NCBI GenBank assembly: GCA_964531635.1
Contig: CAZHCZ010000003.1
Location: 1 to 62,952, forward strand
DNA length: 62,952 nucleotides
Direction: 5' to 3'
From: an uncultured Hyphomicrobiales bacterium
GTDB taxonomy: Bacteria; Pseudomonadota; Alphaproteobacteria; Rhizobiales; OSC116
Shown here in pieces: positions 55,593 to 62,952 of the stretch. Below the pieces are notes generated by a model that saw nothing but the letters and a program-made list of their open reading frames with translations, did not search any database and had not been told where the DNA came from. Position numbers and translations under genes: made by a program. Position 1 is the stretch's first letter, and each line of letters starts with the position of its first letter.

Positions 55593-55995
55593 ATTTCCCT
55601 CCCAGGAATTTATTATTTTTTATTATTTTTAATTATAGCCAAGCTTTGGCGTATAGCTCAGAGTATACTAGAAATATACTACTGACTATAAAAAAATTAA
55701 TTTTGGGAAATACCTTAGACTTTAGTAAATACGGAAACTATACTTCTATTTGATATTTTTACGAAATATCCTGTTGCTCTTTCAAAGTATAACGTCTTTC
55801 AATAACCTGTGAAAATTTAATTTTTAAACGCTGAGCCCATTCGGCTTAACGATACGCCCCGGCAAACTTTGCTTACGCCAAAAAACTTAACTGCAACCAA
55901 TTACAACCTTGACTTAGGTCAACCGCTACCATTTAATACAAACCCCTACTCCACCAGCACTATAAAAAACTATAAAATTAACGTGAGATAAATAA

Positions 55996-56070
55996 TGGTG
56001 CCGCAGGGGAGAATCGAACTCCCGACCTCACCCTTACCAAGGGTGTGCTCTACCACTGAGCCACTGCGGC
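55996..56070 (-). tRNA. tRNA-Thr (anticodon GGU)
   Basis: The reverse complement GCCGCAGTGGCTCAGTGGTAGAGCACACCCTTGGTAAGGGTGAGGTCGGGAGTTCGATTCTCCCCTGCGGCACCA folds as a cloverleaf: 7-bp acceptor stem, GCTC/GAGC D stem, CACCC/GGGTG anticodon stem with loop TTGGTAA, GGGAG/CTCCC T stem, encoded CCA. Confidence 0.95.
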
Positions 56071-56204
56071 AAATGTGGGTTTTTTAAAGTTGCCACAATT
56101 GTATGTGATTAAGTGCCACAGCAAAAATTAAAGCGCAAGTGATTTTTGCTTTGTCTGCACAGGTTATGCTTGCTATTAAAAGATAGGTCTTTTAAACATA
56201 TGGC

Positions 56205-56378
56205 ATGAGTGATACAAAAAAAATAAAAGCCCAAGCCCGCCATGAGCGGTTGCAAAAGTCGTTACGAGATAATTTGCGTAGGCGTAAAAGCCAAGTTAAG
56301 CAGCGTGGAGCAGTTGATGATATAGACGCGCCCTTGCCGCGTAAGGACAAAATTGGCTTAATAAAAATTGAAAAGTAG
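56205..56378 (+). CDS. Small basic hypothetical protein (57 aa), below the ORF-track size cut-off
   Basis: ATG 56205 to TAG 56378: [57 protein letters not shown]. The LRxNLRRRKxQ motif recalls small conserved alphaproteobacterial proteins found upstream of murA. Assigned from memory only. Confidence 0.4.
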   Translation: MSDTKKIKAQARHERLQKSLRDNLRRRKSQVKQRGAVDDIDAPLPRKDKIGLIKIEK

Positions 56379-56386
56379 GAAAATTA

Positions 56387-57682
56387 ATGGACAGTATTAA
56401 AATTACAGGCGGTAAGCCGTTGCATGGCGAAATTCCGATTAGTGGCGCTAAAAATGCTGCCCTGCCCTTAATTATTGCCAGCTTATTGACCGATGAAACT
56501 CTTACTTTGCGCAATGTTCCGCGCCTTGCCGATGTTAATATGCTGTTTCGTATTATCGCCAATCATGGGGTTGACCAGAGTTTTGATGGCAAACGTACTG
56601 GAAATTCTGATATTGGTGGGCAAACTGTGCATATTACTGCGCGCGAAATTGTCGATACCACCGCACCTTATGAGCTTGTTTCTAAAATGCGGGCGAGTTT
56701 TTGGGTATTGGGTCCTATTTTGGGGCGCTGTGGTTATGCTAAAGTGTCGCTACCCGGTGGTTGTGCTATTGGCACACGCCCTGTCGATTTGCATCTTGAA
56801 GGCTTTAGGGCTTTGGGTGCCGATATTAAGCTTGAAGAAGGTTATGTGATTGCCAAAGCGCCGAATGGTCGGCTTAAAGGTGGGAAAATAACCTTTAGTT
56901 TTGCTTCGGTTGGTGCTACTCATAATGTATTAATGGCGGCTGTTTTGGCTGAAGGGGAAACCATTATCGAGAATGCCGCACGTGAGCCTGAAATTGGTGA
57001 TTTGGCAAGTTGTTTGAACAAAATGGGGGCTAAAATTACGGGTATTGGTTCCTCTACTTTAACCATTCAGGGTGTTAAAAAATTACATGGCGCGACCCAT
57101 AGCGTACTGCCCGACCGCATTGAAACTGGCACTTACGCCATTGCTGTCACCATGGCAGGCGGAGATATAACTCTAACCAATACGTCTGCCGATTTGCTGC
57201 CTGTATTTTGGGATAAATTACGCGATGCGGGCGCTATTGTTAGTCAGGTTGAAAATGGCGTTCGTGTTCAAAAAGACGCTTCAACGGCAATTAACCCTGT
57301 CGACATAACCACCCAAGTTTACCCTGGTTTTCCGACCGATTTGCAAGCGCAATTTATGGCGTTGATGACTGTGGCAAATGGCTCGTCTTTTGTGCGCGAA
57401 ACTATTTTTGAAAACCGTTTTATGCATGTTCAAGAACTGGCGCGAATGGGTGCTAACATTGCTTTAAATGGCGATACGGCTAAAATTACTGGCGTTAAAA
57501 AGCTAACGGGCGCACCTGTTATGGCGACTGATTTACGGGCATCGGCATCGTTGATTATTGCGGGTTTGGTAGCAGATGGCGACACTATCGTCAACCGCGT
57601 TTATCACTTAGACCGTGGGTTTGAACATTTAGAAGTTAAGTTTAGGGGTTGCGGAGCGGACATTGAACGCCTATCTGAATAA
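56387..57682 (+). CDS. murA: UDP-N-acetylglucosamine 1-carboxyvinyltransferase MurA
   Basis: 431 aa. [27 protein letters not shown], the active-site Cys loop [15 protein letters not shown], and the C-terminus HLDRGFE. Confidence 0.95.
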   Translation: MDSIKITGGKPLHGEIPISGAKNAALPLIIASLLTDETLTLRNVPRLADVNMLFRIIANHGVDQSFDGKRTGNSDIGGQTVHITAREIVDTTAPYELVSKMRASFWVLGPILGRCGYAKVSLPGGCAIGTRPVDLHLEGFRALGADIKLEEGYVIAKAPNGRLKGGKITFSFASVGATHNVLMAAVLAEGETIIENAAREPEIGDLASCLNKMGAKITGIGSSTLTIQGVKKLHGATHSVLPDRIETGTYAIAVTMAGGDITLTNTSADLLPVFWDKLRDAGAIVSQVENGVRVQKDASTAINPVDITTQVYPGFPTDLQAQFMALMTVANGSSFVRETIFENRFMHVQELARMGANIALNGDTAKITGVKKLTGAPVMATDLRASASLIIAGLVADGDTIVNRVYHLDRGFEHLEVKFRGCGADIERLSE

Positions 57683-57699
57683 TATAGTGTTTAATTAAA

Positions 57700-58140
57700 T
57701 TGGAGTTTAGCGTGAGTGATTTAAAATTAATAGCCATGGATATAGAAGATTTAGAGGTGATAGCCTCGCATGTTCAAGACGCTATATTATATGTCGCCGA
57801 TATTGATTTTACTGCCAATAACAAGCAATTAAGCTTGGCAATTAACCGTTGTCATAATGAAAACAACATTGGTGTAAGCCGCATGATGCGTTCACACGCT
57901 GGTTTGGTGTTTTCGCATGTTGAAAAAATGCAAGTACAAGGCATTGACCGCAGCATGAAAAAACAAGTTTTAAGCTTGTTGGCTATTGAATTTAAACAAA
58001 TTGAAAGTCCGGCTGGTATTATCGAACTTAAATTTGCCAACAACGCCAGTATTAAACTCGAAGTAAACTGCCTTGAGGTGTTCTTAAAAGACATCGGCGA
58101 AAAATGGCAAAGCGATGTTAAAGCCAATCATAAAATATAA
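57700..58140 (+). CDS. DUF2948-family protein
   Basis: 146 aa (alternative GTG start at 57712). Its position between murA and hisD and its size match the conserved alphaproteobacterial DUF2948 gene. The LKLIAMDIEDLEVIASHVQDA start is consistent. Confidence 0.5.
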   Translation: MEFSVSDLKLIAMDIEDLEVIASHVQDAILYVADIDFTANNKQLSLAINRCHNENNIGVSRMMRSHAGLVFSHVEKMQVQGIDRSMKKQVLSLLAIEFKQIESPAGIIELKFANNASIKLEVNCLEVFLKDIGEKWQSDVKANHKI

Positions 58141-58158
58141 TTTTTTTTGGACGTGATA

Positions 58159-59469
58159 ATGAGCCTATTTTTAAACTGGGACGATGCTGAATTTGAGCAG
58201 AAATTTCAAAAACTAATTGCCGAAAAAGCCGAAAACAGCTCTGAAGTTAACTCTGTGGTCGCCGATATTTTGCACCAAGTTAAAACCCGTGGCGATGCGG
58301 CATTGGTGGAATATTGCACTAAATTTGATGGTTTGGATATAAAGCCTGACGGGTTTTTAATTTCGCAACAGCGCATTGATGATGCTTTTAATAAATGCAA
58401 CTCAGAAACCCTTGAAGCTTTGGAATTGGCGCATAAAAGAATTTATGATTATCATGCCCGTCAGCAACCCAAAGATGATTTATATGAAGATGATGCAGGC
58501 ATTGTTTTGGGGCATCGGTGGAATGCGGTTGAGAGCGTTTGCCTTTATGTGCCCGGTGGGTTGGCAAGCTATCCGAGCAGTGTTTTAATGAATACTGTGC
58601 CTGCTAAGGTGGCGGGCGTTAAGCGCATTGTTATGACCGTACCAACGCCCAATGGGGTTTTGAACCCTTTGGTTTTGGCTGCTGCTAAAATTGCAGGAGT
58701 GGACGAAGTTTATTGCCTTGGTGGGGCACAGGCGATTGCTGCATTTGCTTATGGAACAGATACAATTGACTCCGTTGCTAAAATTGTTGGTCCTGGCAAT
58801 GCCTATGTTGCAGCGGCGAAACGACATGTTTTTGGCATTGTTGGTATTGATATGATTGCAGGACCTTCGGAAATTTTAATTTTAGCCGATGATGACAATC
58901 ACCCCCATTGGATTGCTGCCGATTTGTTAGCTCAGGCTGAGCATGATGTTGCGGCACAATCTATTTTAATTGTTACCAATGCCGAATTTGGCAAGCAGGT
59001 TTTAAATGCAATTGACGATGAGCTTAAGTTAAACCCGCGCCACGAAATTGCGCGTAAAAGCTGGCAAGATAATGGTGGAATTATTGTCGCTGAAGACTGG
59101 CAACATGCGGCACAACTTGCCAATATTATTGCGCCCGAACATTTGGAACTGGCAATTGAAGAACCTGAAGCTTTGTTTGATATGATTGAACATTGCGGGG
59201 CGGTGTTTTTAGGGCGTTATACGCCTGAGGCTATTGGCGATTATGTCGGTGGGCCTAACCATGTTTTACCAACCGCTCGCAGTGCGCGGTTTAGTTCTGG
59301 CTTAAATATATTAGATTTTATGAAACGCAGCTCTATATTAAAATGCAGCCCACAAGGGCTTGACAAAATTGGGCAAGCTGGTGCAACCTTAGCTCATGCA
59401 GAAGGCTTGTTTTCTCATGCGCGTTCCATTGAATTGCGGCTTGAGAGTAATAAAAGTAAGAAATTATGA
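58159..59469 (+). CDS. hisD: Histidinol dehydrogenase HisD
   Basis: YVPGGLASYPSSVLMN, GPGNAYVAAAKR, AGPSEILI and LLAQAEHD motifs. ATG 58159 is preferred over TTG 58147. Confidence 0.9.
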   Translation: MSLFLNWDDAEFEQKFQKLIAEKAENSSEVNSVVADILHQVKTRGDAALVEYCTKFDGLDIKPDGFLISQQRIDDAFNKCNSETLEALELAHKRIYDYHARQQPKDDLYEDDAGIVLGHRWNAVESVCLYVPGGLASYPSSVLMNTVPAKVAGVKRIVMTVPTPNGVLNPLVLAAAKIAGVDEVYCLGGAQAIAAFAYGTDTIDSVAKIVGPGNAYVAAAKRHVFGIVGIDMIAGPSEILILADDDNHPHWIAADLLAQAEHDVAAQSILIVTNAEFGKQVLNAIDDELKLNPRHEIARKSWQDNGGIIVAEDWQHAAQLANIIAPEHLELAIEEPEALFDMIEHCGAVFLGRYTPEAIGDYVGGPNHVLPTARSARFSSGLNILDFMKRSSILKCSPQGLDKIGQAGATLAHAEGLFSHARSIELRLESNKSKKL

Positions 59470-59975
59470 CCGATGTTATAGAGCAAAATATTGATAATCA
59501 CACACTTTGTGATATTATTTTGAATGAAAAAAACATAACCCAAATTTCGCCCGAAATTACTTATGAACGTAAGGCGGCAGTCGATGATTTATTGGCGCAA
59601 AATAGCTTTGAGCCTTTGCGCGTGGCTAATGATGTTACAAGCACAGGCCCATTTAAACTGATTTTAAATATAGAACGTGGCAAATTGATATTTGATATTC
59701 GGACGATAGCCGATGAAAATATTATGGTACACATTTTATCATTATCGCCATTTAGGCGCATTATGAAAGATTATTTTTTAATTTGCGAACGCCATCATGC
59801 CGCCGTTAAAGACGCCAACCCGCAACAGATTGAAGCCATCGACATGGGACGACGCGGGCTGCATAATGAAGGCAGTGAATTGCTTAGCGAGAGGCTGGCT
59901 GGTAAAATTAAAGTTGATTTTGATACCGCCAGAAGGCTCTATACATTAATTTGCGCATTGCATTGGAAGGGCTAG
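59466..59975 (+). CDS. UPF0262-family protein
   Basis: 169 aa, 4-nt overlap with hisD. ERKAAVDDLLAQNSF.P and IEAIDMGRRGLHNEGSELL fit the UPF0262 family that follows hisD in alphaproteobacteria. Confidence 0.6.
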   Translation: MTDVIEQNIDNHTLCDIILNEKNITQISPEITYERKAAVDDLLAQNSFEPLRVANDVTSTGPFKLILNIERGKLIFDIRTIADENIMVHILSLSPFRRIMKDYFLICERHHAAVKDANPQQIEAIDMGRRGLHNEGSELLSERLAGKIKVDFDTARRLYTLICALHWKG

Positions 59976-59979
59976 AAAA

Positions 59980-60462
59980 ATGAATAAGGGCAATTTATCT
60001 AGCGAACCAACCACAGAAACAAAGGTTTCTGATAAACGCAAATTGCCTTCTTCTATTTTATTTTTATGCACCCAAAATGCTGTACGCTCACCCATGGCGG
60101 CGGCGTTGCTGAAACAGCTTGTTACCAAAAAAACCTTTATTCAAAGTGCTGGAATTGACCCTAAAGAAGTAAACGGCTTTGCTATTACGGTTTTAAAAGA
60201 AGTGAAGGTGGATATTTCTGACCATGTATCTTTAGCGGTCGAGGCGGTGGCTTTATCATCGTTCGATTTGGTGATTTGTTTTTCCAAGCTAGCCAAACAA
60301 CATGCAGAAAATATATGCAATACTGTTGCCACTGAGTTTGAATTTTGGCCTGTTTATGACCCTGTCAACCAAGCCGAAAAGCGCGAAGAACAGCTTGAAC
60401 ATTACCGTAAATTGCGGGTTCAGCTTGAAGAATTGCTCGAAGCTAATTTTGAAATAAATTAA
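59980..60462 (+). CDS. Low-molecular-weight phosphotyrosine phosphatase / ArsC-like protein
   Basis: 160 aa. ILFLCTQNAVRSPMAAALLK contains the CX5R(S/T) P-loop. Confidence 0.75.
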   Translation: MNKGNLSSEPTTETKVSDKRKLPSSILFLCTQNAVRSPMAAALLKQLVTKKTFIQSAGIDPKEVNGFAITVLKEVKVDISDHVSLAVEAVALSSFDLVICFSKLAKQHAENICNTVATEFEFWPVYDPVNQAEKREEQLEHYRKLRVQLEELLEANFEIN

Positions 60463-60549
60463 TATTTGCCATATTTGCTTATAGATGATAACTAACATAT
60501 AAATCTATACGTTTTGCATAAGGTGACTTGTGTATATATTGAGGAAATT

Positions 60550-60768
60550 ATGGCTAAAGAAGAATTATTAGAATTTGAAGGCACTATTGTTGAATTGCTC
60601 CCCAATGCAACTTTTAGAGTGAAATTAGAAAATGACCATGAAATTATTGGTCATACCGCTGGTAAAATGCGTAAAAACCGTATTCGGGTTTTGGCAGGTG
60701 ATAAGGTTATGGTCGAAATGACTCCTTATGATTTGACCAAAGGACGCATTACTTACCGCTTTAAATAA
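60550..60768 (+). CDS. infA: Translation initiation factor IF-1
   Basis: 72 aa from ATG 60550 (GAGGAAATT upstream): [72 protein letters not shown], near-canonical IF-1. Confidence 0.95.
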   Translation: MAKEELLEFEGTIVELLPNATFRVKLENDHEIIGHTAGKMRKNRIRVLAGDKVMVEMTPYDLTKGRITYRFK

Positions 60769-60784
60769 TATTAAAGGCAGCTTA

Positions 60785-61414
60785 ATGGCGCAGGGTAAAA
60801 GCAAATTAATTCTTGCCAGTGGCTCACCGCGCCGCCTCGAATTGCTTGGCCAAATTGGCATTAAGCCCGACTTTATTAAGCCTGTCGACCTTGATGAAAC
60901 GCCCCAAAAAGCCGAACTCCCGCGCAAATTAGCCGAGCGGTTGGCGCAACAAAAGGCGCAAAAATGTTTGCAAATTTTGGCTGACGATGCGGGTTTTACT
61001 GACGATAATATTTATAATATTCTTGCCAGTGATACCGTGGTTGGTGTCGGGCGGCGGGTGTTGGGCAAGGCTGAAAATGCCGAACAAGCCATTAAACATT
61101 TAAAACTTTTATCGGGTCGGGCGCATCGGGTGTTTACATCGGTTGCGATTATTGACGGTAAAACTGGGGCAATGCGTACACGAGTTGTCGAAACGCGCCT
61201 TAAGTTTAAATGCCTATCGGTTGAAGAAATAACTGCATATATTGCCAGTAATGAATGGCAGGACAAAGCGGGTGCTTATGGCATTCAGGGCAAAGCTGCG
61301 GCGTTTATTATTAGCATTTCGGGCTCGTATAGCAATGTGGTTGGTTTGCCAATATTTGAAACAACAAATTTGTTGCGCAGTGTCGGGCTAGACCCTATTA
61401 AACATTGGGGGTAA
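60785..61414 (+). CDS. maf: Maf-like nucleoside triphosphate pyrophosphatase
   Basis: 209 aa. LILASGSPRRLELLGQIGI, ILASDTVV and KAGAYGIQG motifs. Confidence 0.9.
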   Translation: MAQGKSKLILASGSPRRLELLGQIGIKPDFIKPVDLDETPQKAELPRKLAERLAQQKAQKCLQILADDAGFTDDNIYNILASDTVVGVGRRVLGKAENAEQAIKHLKLLSGRAHRVFTSVAIIDGKTGAMRTRVVETRLKFKCLSVEEITAYIASNEWQDKAGAYGIQGKAAAFIISISGSYSNVVGLPIFETTNLLRSVGLDPIKHWG

Positions 61415-61419
61415 GCGTT

Positions 61420-62370
61420 ATGGCATCTCAGTTATTGGTTATGTTAAAACAAAATTCCAAACGCGCAAATTTCGCGCAAATTGTTAAACTTAATGATGAT
61501 GTTTTAAGTTTTTACGACATTTGGAAGTTGGATTCCAACCCTGAAGATATAAGTTTTTCCGCCAGTAAATTTGCAATCGGCAGCCTTTATGTGGCACGAA
61601 TTTTACGCATAGACAAAAAAACCAATTTGGCATTTATAACTTTGGGTACTGTCGATGCCGTAATGCGGCTTAAGGCTGGTAATAAATTTACTGAGGGGCA
61701 GTATATTTTAACCGAAATTATTACCGATGGCTTTGCTGATAAAAATTTACGCGTTCAGTATGTTGGAGATGTCCCCAAAAGCCTACCAAGCCGCCCTGCC
61801 CTTTACCGTGCGGCTGATAATTTGGCGCAATATTGCATTAAGCTGGCGCAAGATGGCAATCGCCAAATTATATGTGACGATTTTGCGTTTATCGGGTTGT
61901 TAAAACGCCATGCAGATAATCTTGATATTATTGTGCCGACAAAAATAAAAAACTCATTGTTTGAAGACTATGACTTGGCGGAACAAATTGATATGCTGAG
62001 CTGTGAAAAAGTTGGGCTCAACAATGGTGGTAATATTATTATTGAGCAGTGCCATGCTATGACGGTGGTTGATGTTAATAGTGGCACATATACGGGTGAC
62101 AACTCCGCAAAAATGGTAGATGAAATTAACCAACAAGCCGCCAATATGCTTTGTGAACAATTGTTATTGCGTAATATTTCTGGCTTGGTTATTGTGGATT
62201 TTTTAAAATATAAGCGCAAAGCTGATAAACAAAAATTTATGATATATTTACAAAAGTTGATAAAAAATTATAAATTTGAATTGGGTACATATAGTGTTTT
62301 TGGCTTAGCTGAGTTTAAAATTACGCGCAAATCTAAAAGTCTTGAACAAAAATTATTGGATATAGTATGA
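61420..62370 (+). CDS. Short RNase E/G-family protein (Rng/CafA-like)
   Basis: S1-like N-terminal segment (GSLYVARILRIDKKTNLAFITLG) and IIIEQCHAMTVVDVNSGTYTG (compare the RNase E/G motif ..E.TEALT.IDVNSG). ATG 61420 follows the maf stop. At ~316 aa it is shorter than canonical RNase G. Confidence 0.65.
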   Translation: MASQLLVMLKQNSKRANFAQIVKLNDDVLSFYDIWKLDSNPEDISFSASKFAIGSLYVARILRIDKKTNLAFITLGTVDAVMRLKAGNKFTEGQYILTEIITDGFADKNLRVQYVGDVPKSLPSRPALYRAADNLAQYCIKLAQDGNRQIICDDFAFIGLLKRHADNLDIIVPTKIKNSLFEDYDLAEQIDMLSCEKVGLNNGGNIIIEQCHAMTVVDVNSGTYTGDNSAKMVDEINQQAANMLCEQLLLRNISGLVIVDFLKYKRKADKQKFMIYLQKLIKNYKFELGTYSVFGLAEFKITRKSKSLEQKLLDIV

Positions 62371-62576
62371 ATGACAACAATGCTGAGACAAAACGAAAAT
62401 GCGTAATGTGCAGTAAAATGGCCGTGGTTAAATATCGCCCTTTCTGCTCAATAAGATGTGCCGATTTAGACCTAGGCAAATGGTTAAATGAAAGCTATGT
62501 GGTTAGTGAACCTATTGATAGTGACACAGCCGAACGTTTAAAAGATGAGCATAATGCCGATGAACCTAGCCATTAA
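62367..62576 (+). CDS. yacG: DNA gyrase inhibitor YacG (zinc-finger protein)
   Basis: 69 aa. CVMCSK...YRPFCSIRCADLDLGKWLNESY matches the YacG C-x2-C...C-x3-C..DLG.W signature. Confidence 0.8.
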   Translation: MNDNNAETKRKCVMCSKMAVVKYRPFCSIRCADLDLGKWLNESYVVSEPIDSDTAERLKDEHNADEPSH

Positions 62577-62659
62577 AAAATATGTGGGTTTGTGCAATTG
62601 AACCCTTGCCAAACACAGGCATATTGCTTATAAAACGCTCTATCGGCTTTATGCTCGAT

Positions 62660-62735
62660 GCCCGAATAGCTCAGTTGGTAGAGCAACGGATTGAAAATCC
62701 GTGTGTCCCTGGTTCAAATCCAGGTTCGGGCACCA
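62660..62735 (+). tRNA. tRNA-Phe (anticodon GAA)
   Basis: GCCCGAATAGCTCAGTTGGTAGAGCAACGGATTGAAAATCCGTGTGTCCCTGGTTCAAATCCAGGTTCGGGCACCA: 7-bp acceptor stem, anticodon stem ACGGA/TCCGT with loop TTGAAAA, T arm CCTGG/CCAGG, encoded CCA. Confidence 0.95.
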
Positions 62736-62788
62736 CACTTTTTTCATATATTTTATAGTCATAGCCGCCCGCTTCCCTAAATACAGTT

Positions 62789-62827
62789 ATAGCCCGTCAC
62801 ATTTTATAAAATTATGTGACGGGCTAT
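62789..62827. terminator. Perfect 14-bp hairpin between tRNA-Phe and a convergent minus-strand gene
   Basis: ATAGCCCGTCACAT-TTTATAAAATT-ATGTGACGGGCTAT. There is no clear U-run on either side, so this is a likely transcript-end or processing structure rather than a textbook terminator. Confidence 0.45.
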
Positions 62828-62848
62828 ATTAAAGTTGTCTACAGTGAC

Positions 62849-62952
62849 TTAAGAATTGTTATCAGTCTTATCGTCCTCATCGTTGTCGCTGTCGCTGTCG
62901 TCAGCGGTATCTTCGTCGTCAGCGTCATCTTTCTCGTCATCGCTATCATTGT
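62849..62952 (-). CDS. 3' end of a minus-strand gene encoding a highly acidic C-terminal tail (partial, product unknown)
   Basis: The minus-strand frame ending at TAA (62851-62849) reads ...NDSDDEKDDADDEDTADDSDSDNDEDDKTDNNS*. A second frame is also open (TMIAMTRKMT...), so the frame assignment is tentative. Confidence 0.3.
   Translation of the reverse strand, partial: NDSDDEKDDADDEDTADDSDSDNDEDDKTDNNS

Noticed and set aside
55593-55995. Pho box or att-site repeat between phnD and tRNA-Thr
   Set aside because: I found no CTGTCAT-N4-CTGTCAT-type tandem and no direct repeat of the tRNA-Thr 3' end, here or near 51800-52050. There is only a short palindrome, TTGAC-TTAG-GTCAA (about 55907-55920).
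56296-56562. Minus-strand ORF 56296..56562
   Set aside because: It overlaps the murA start region and the small basic plus-strand ORF, and it lies antisense to a strongly supported gene.
1-62952. CRISPR arrays, rRNA genes, IS elements, transposases, integrases or prophage genes
   Set aside because: No regularly spaced direct repeats, no rRNA-like sequence, and no ORF with transposase or integrase motifs in either the track or my reading. The only mobile-type modules are the TA pair and the inverted-repeat element.

Overview
About 63 kb of chromosome from an AT-rich alphaproteobacterium. The assignment rests on the conserved murA-DUF2948-hisD-UPF0262-LMW phosphatase-infA-maf-rng-yacG-tRNA-Phe block at the right end. 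The centre (12.8-39.4 kb) is a large cobalamin (B12) biosynthesis supercluster in several operons: cbiB-cobC/D-cobB-cobA (-), cbiD-cobK-cbiX-cobH-cobL-cobI-cbiG/cobJ-cobM (+), cobU-cobW-cobN-cobO (-), cobT-cobS (+) and cobQ (-). Two non-cob insertions interrupt it: a CrbS/CrbR-like two-component pair and a mazEF-type toxin-antitoxin pair. Two distantly related MMPL/RND-type transporter genes bracket it. The left part holds a partial copA with a textbook CueR-type promoter, an orphan cheZ, a secreted thermonuclease, a stand-alone HATPase protein, nadV, an Fe(3+) ABC transporter lacking its ATPase, and asmA. The right part holds DUF1579/DUF1643 genes, a yihY-family gene, amtB without glnK, a 650-bp non-coding stretch with a long imperfect inverted repeat, an nrdA-nrdB-tautomerase operon with NrdR-like boxes, rsgA, and a visibly more GC-rich phnDCEE transporter block abutting tRNA-Thr. 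The points most worth a second look follow. (1) Two genes (yihY-like, rsgA) have conserved N-termini that can only be reached from an ATT codon, each 6 nt after an AGGAG in a near-identical context. (2) The cob cluster mixes early-cobalt-insertion markers (CbiX, CbiG, CbiD) with late-insertion ones (CobN, CobW), and I could find no B12 riboswitch. (3) A symporter-domain sensor kinase is placed so that it could be co-transcribed with cobUWNO. (4) There is a 141-nt hairpin or MITE-like element upstream of amtB. All calls come from reading the sequence and ORF translations by eye. No searches or folding programs were run, and family assignments rest on recalled motifs.
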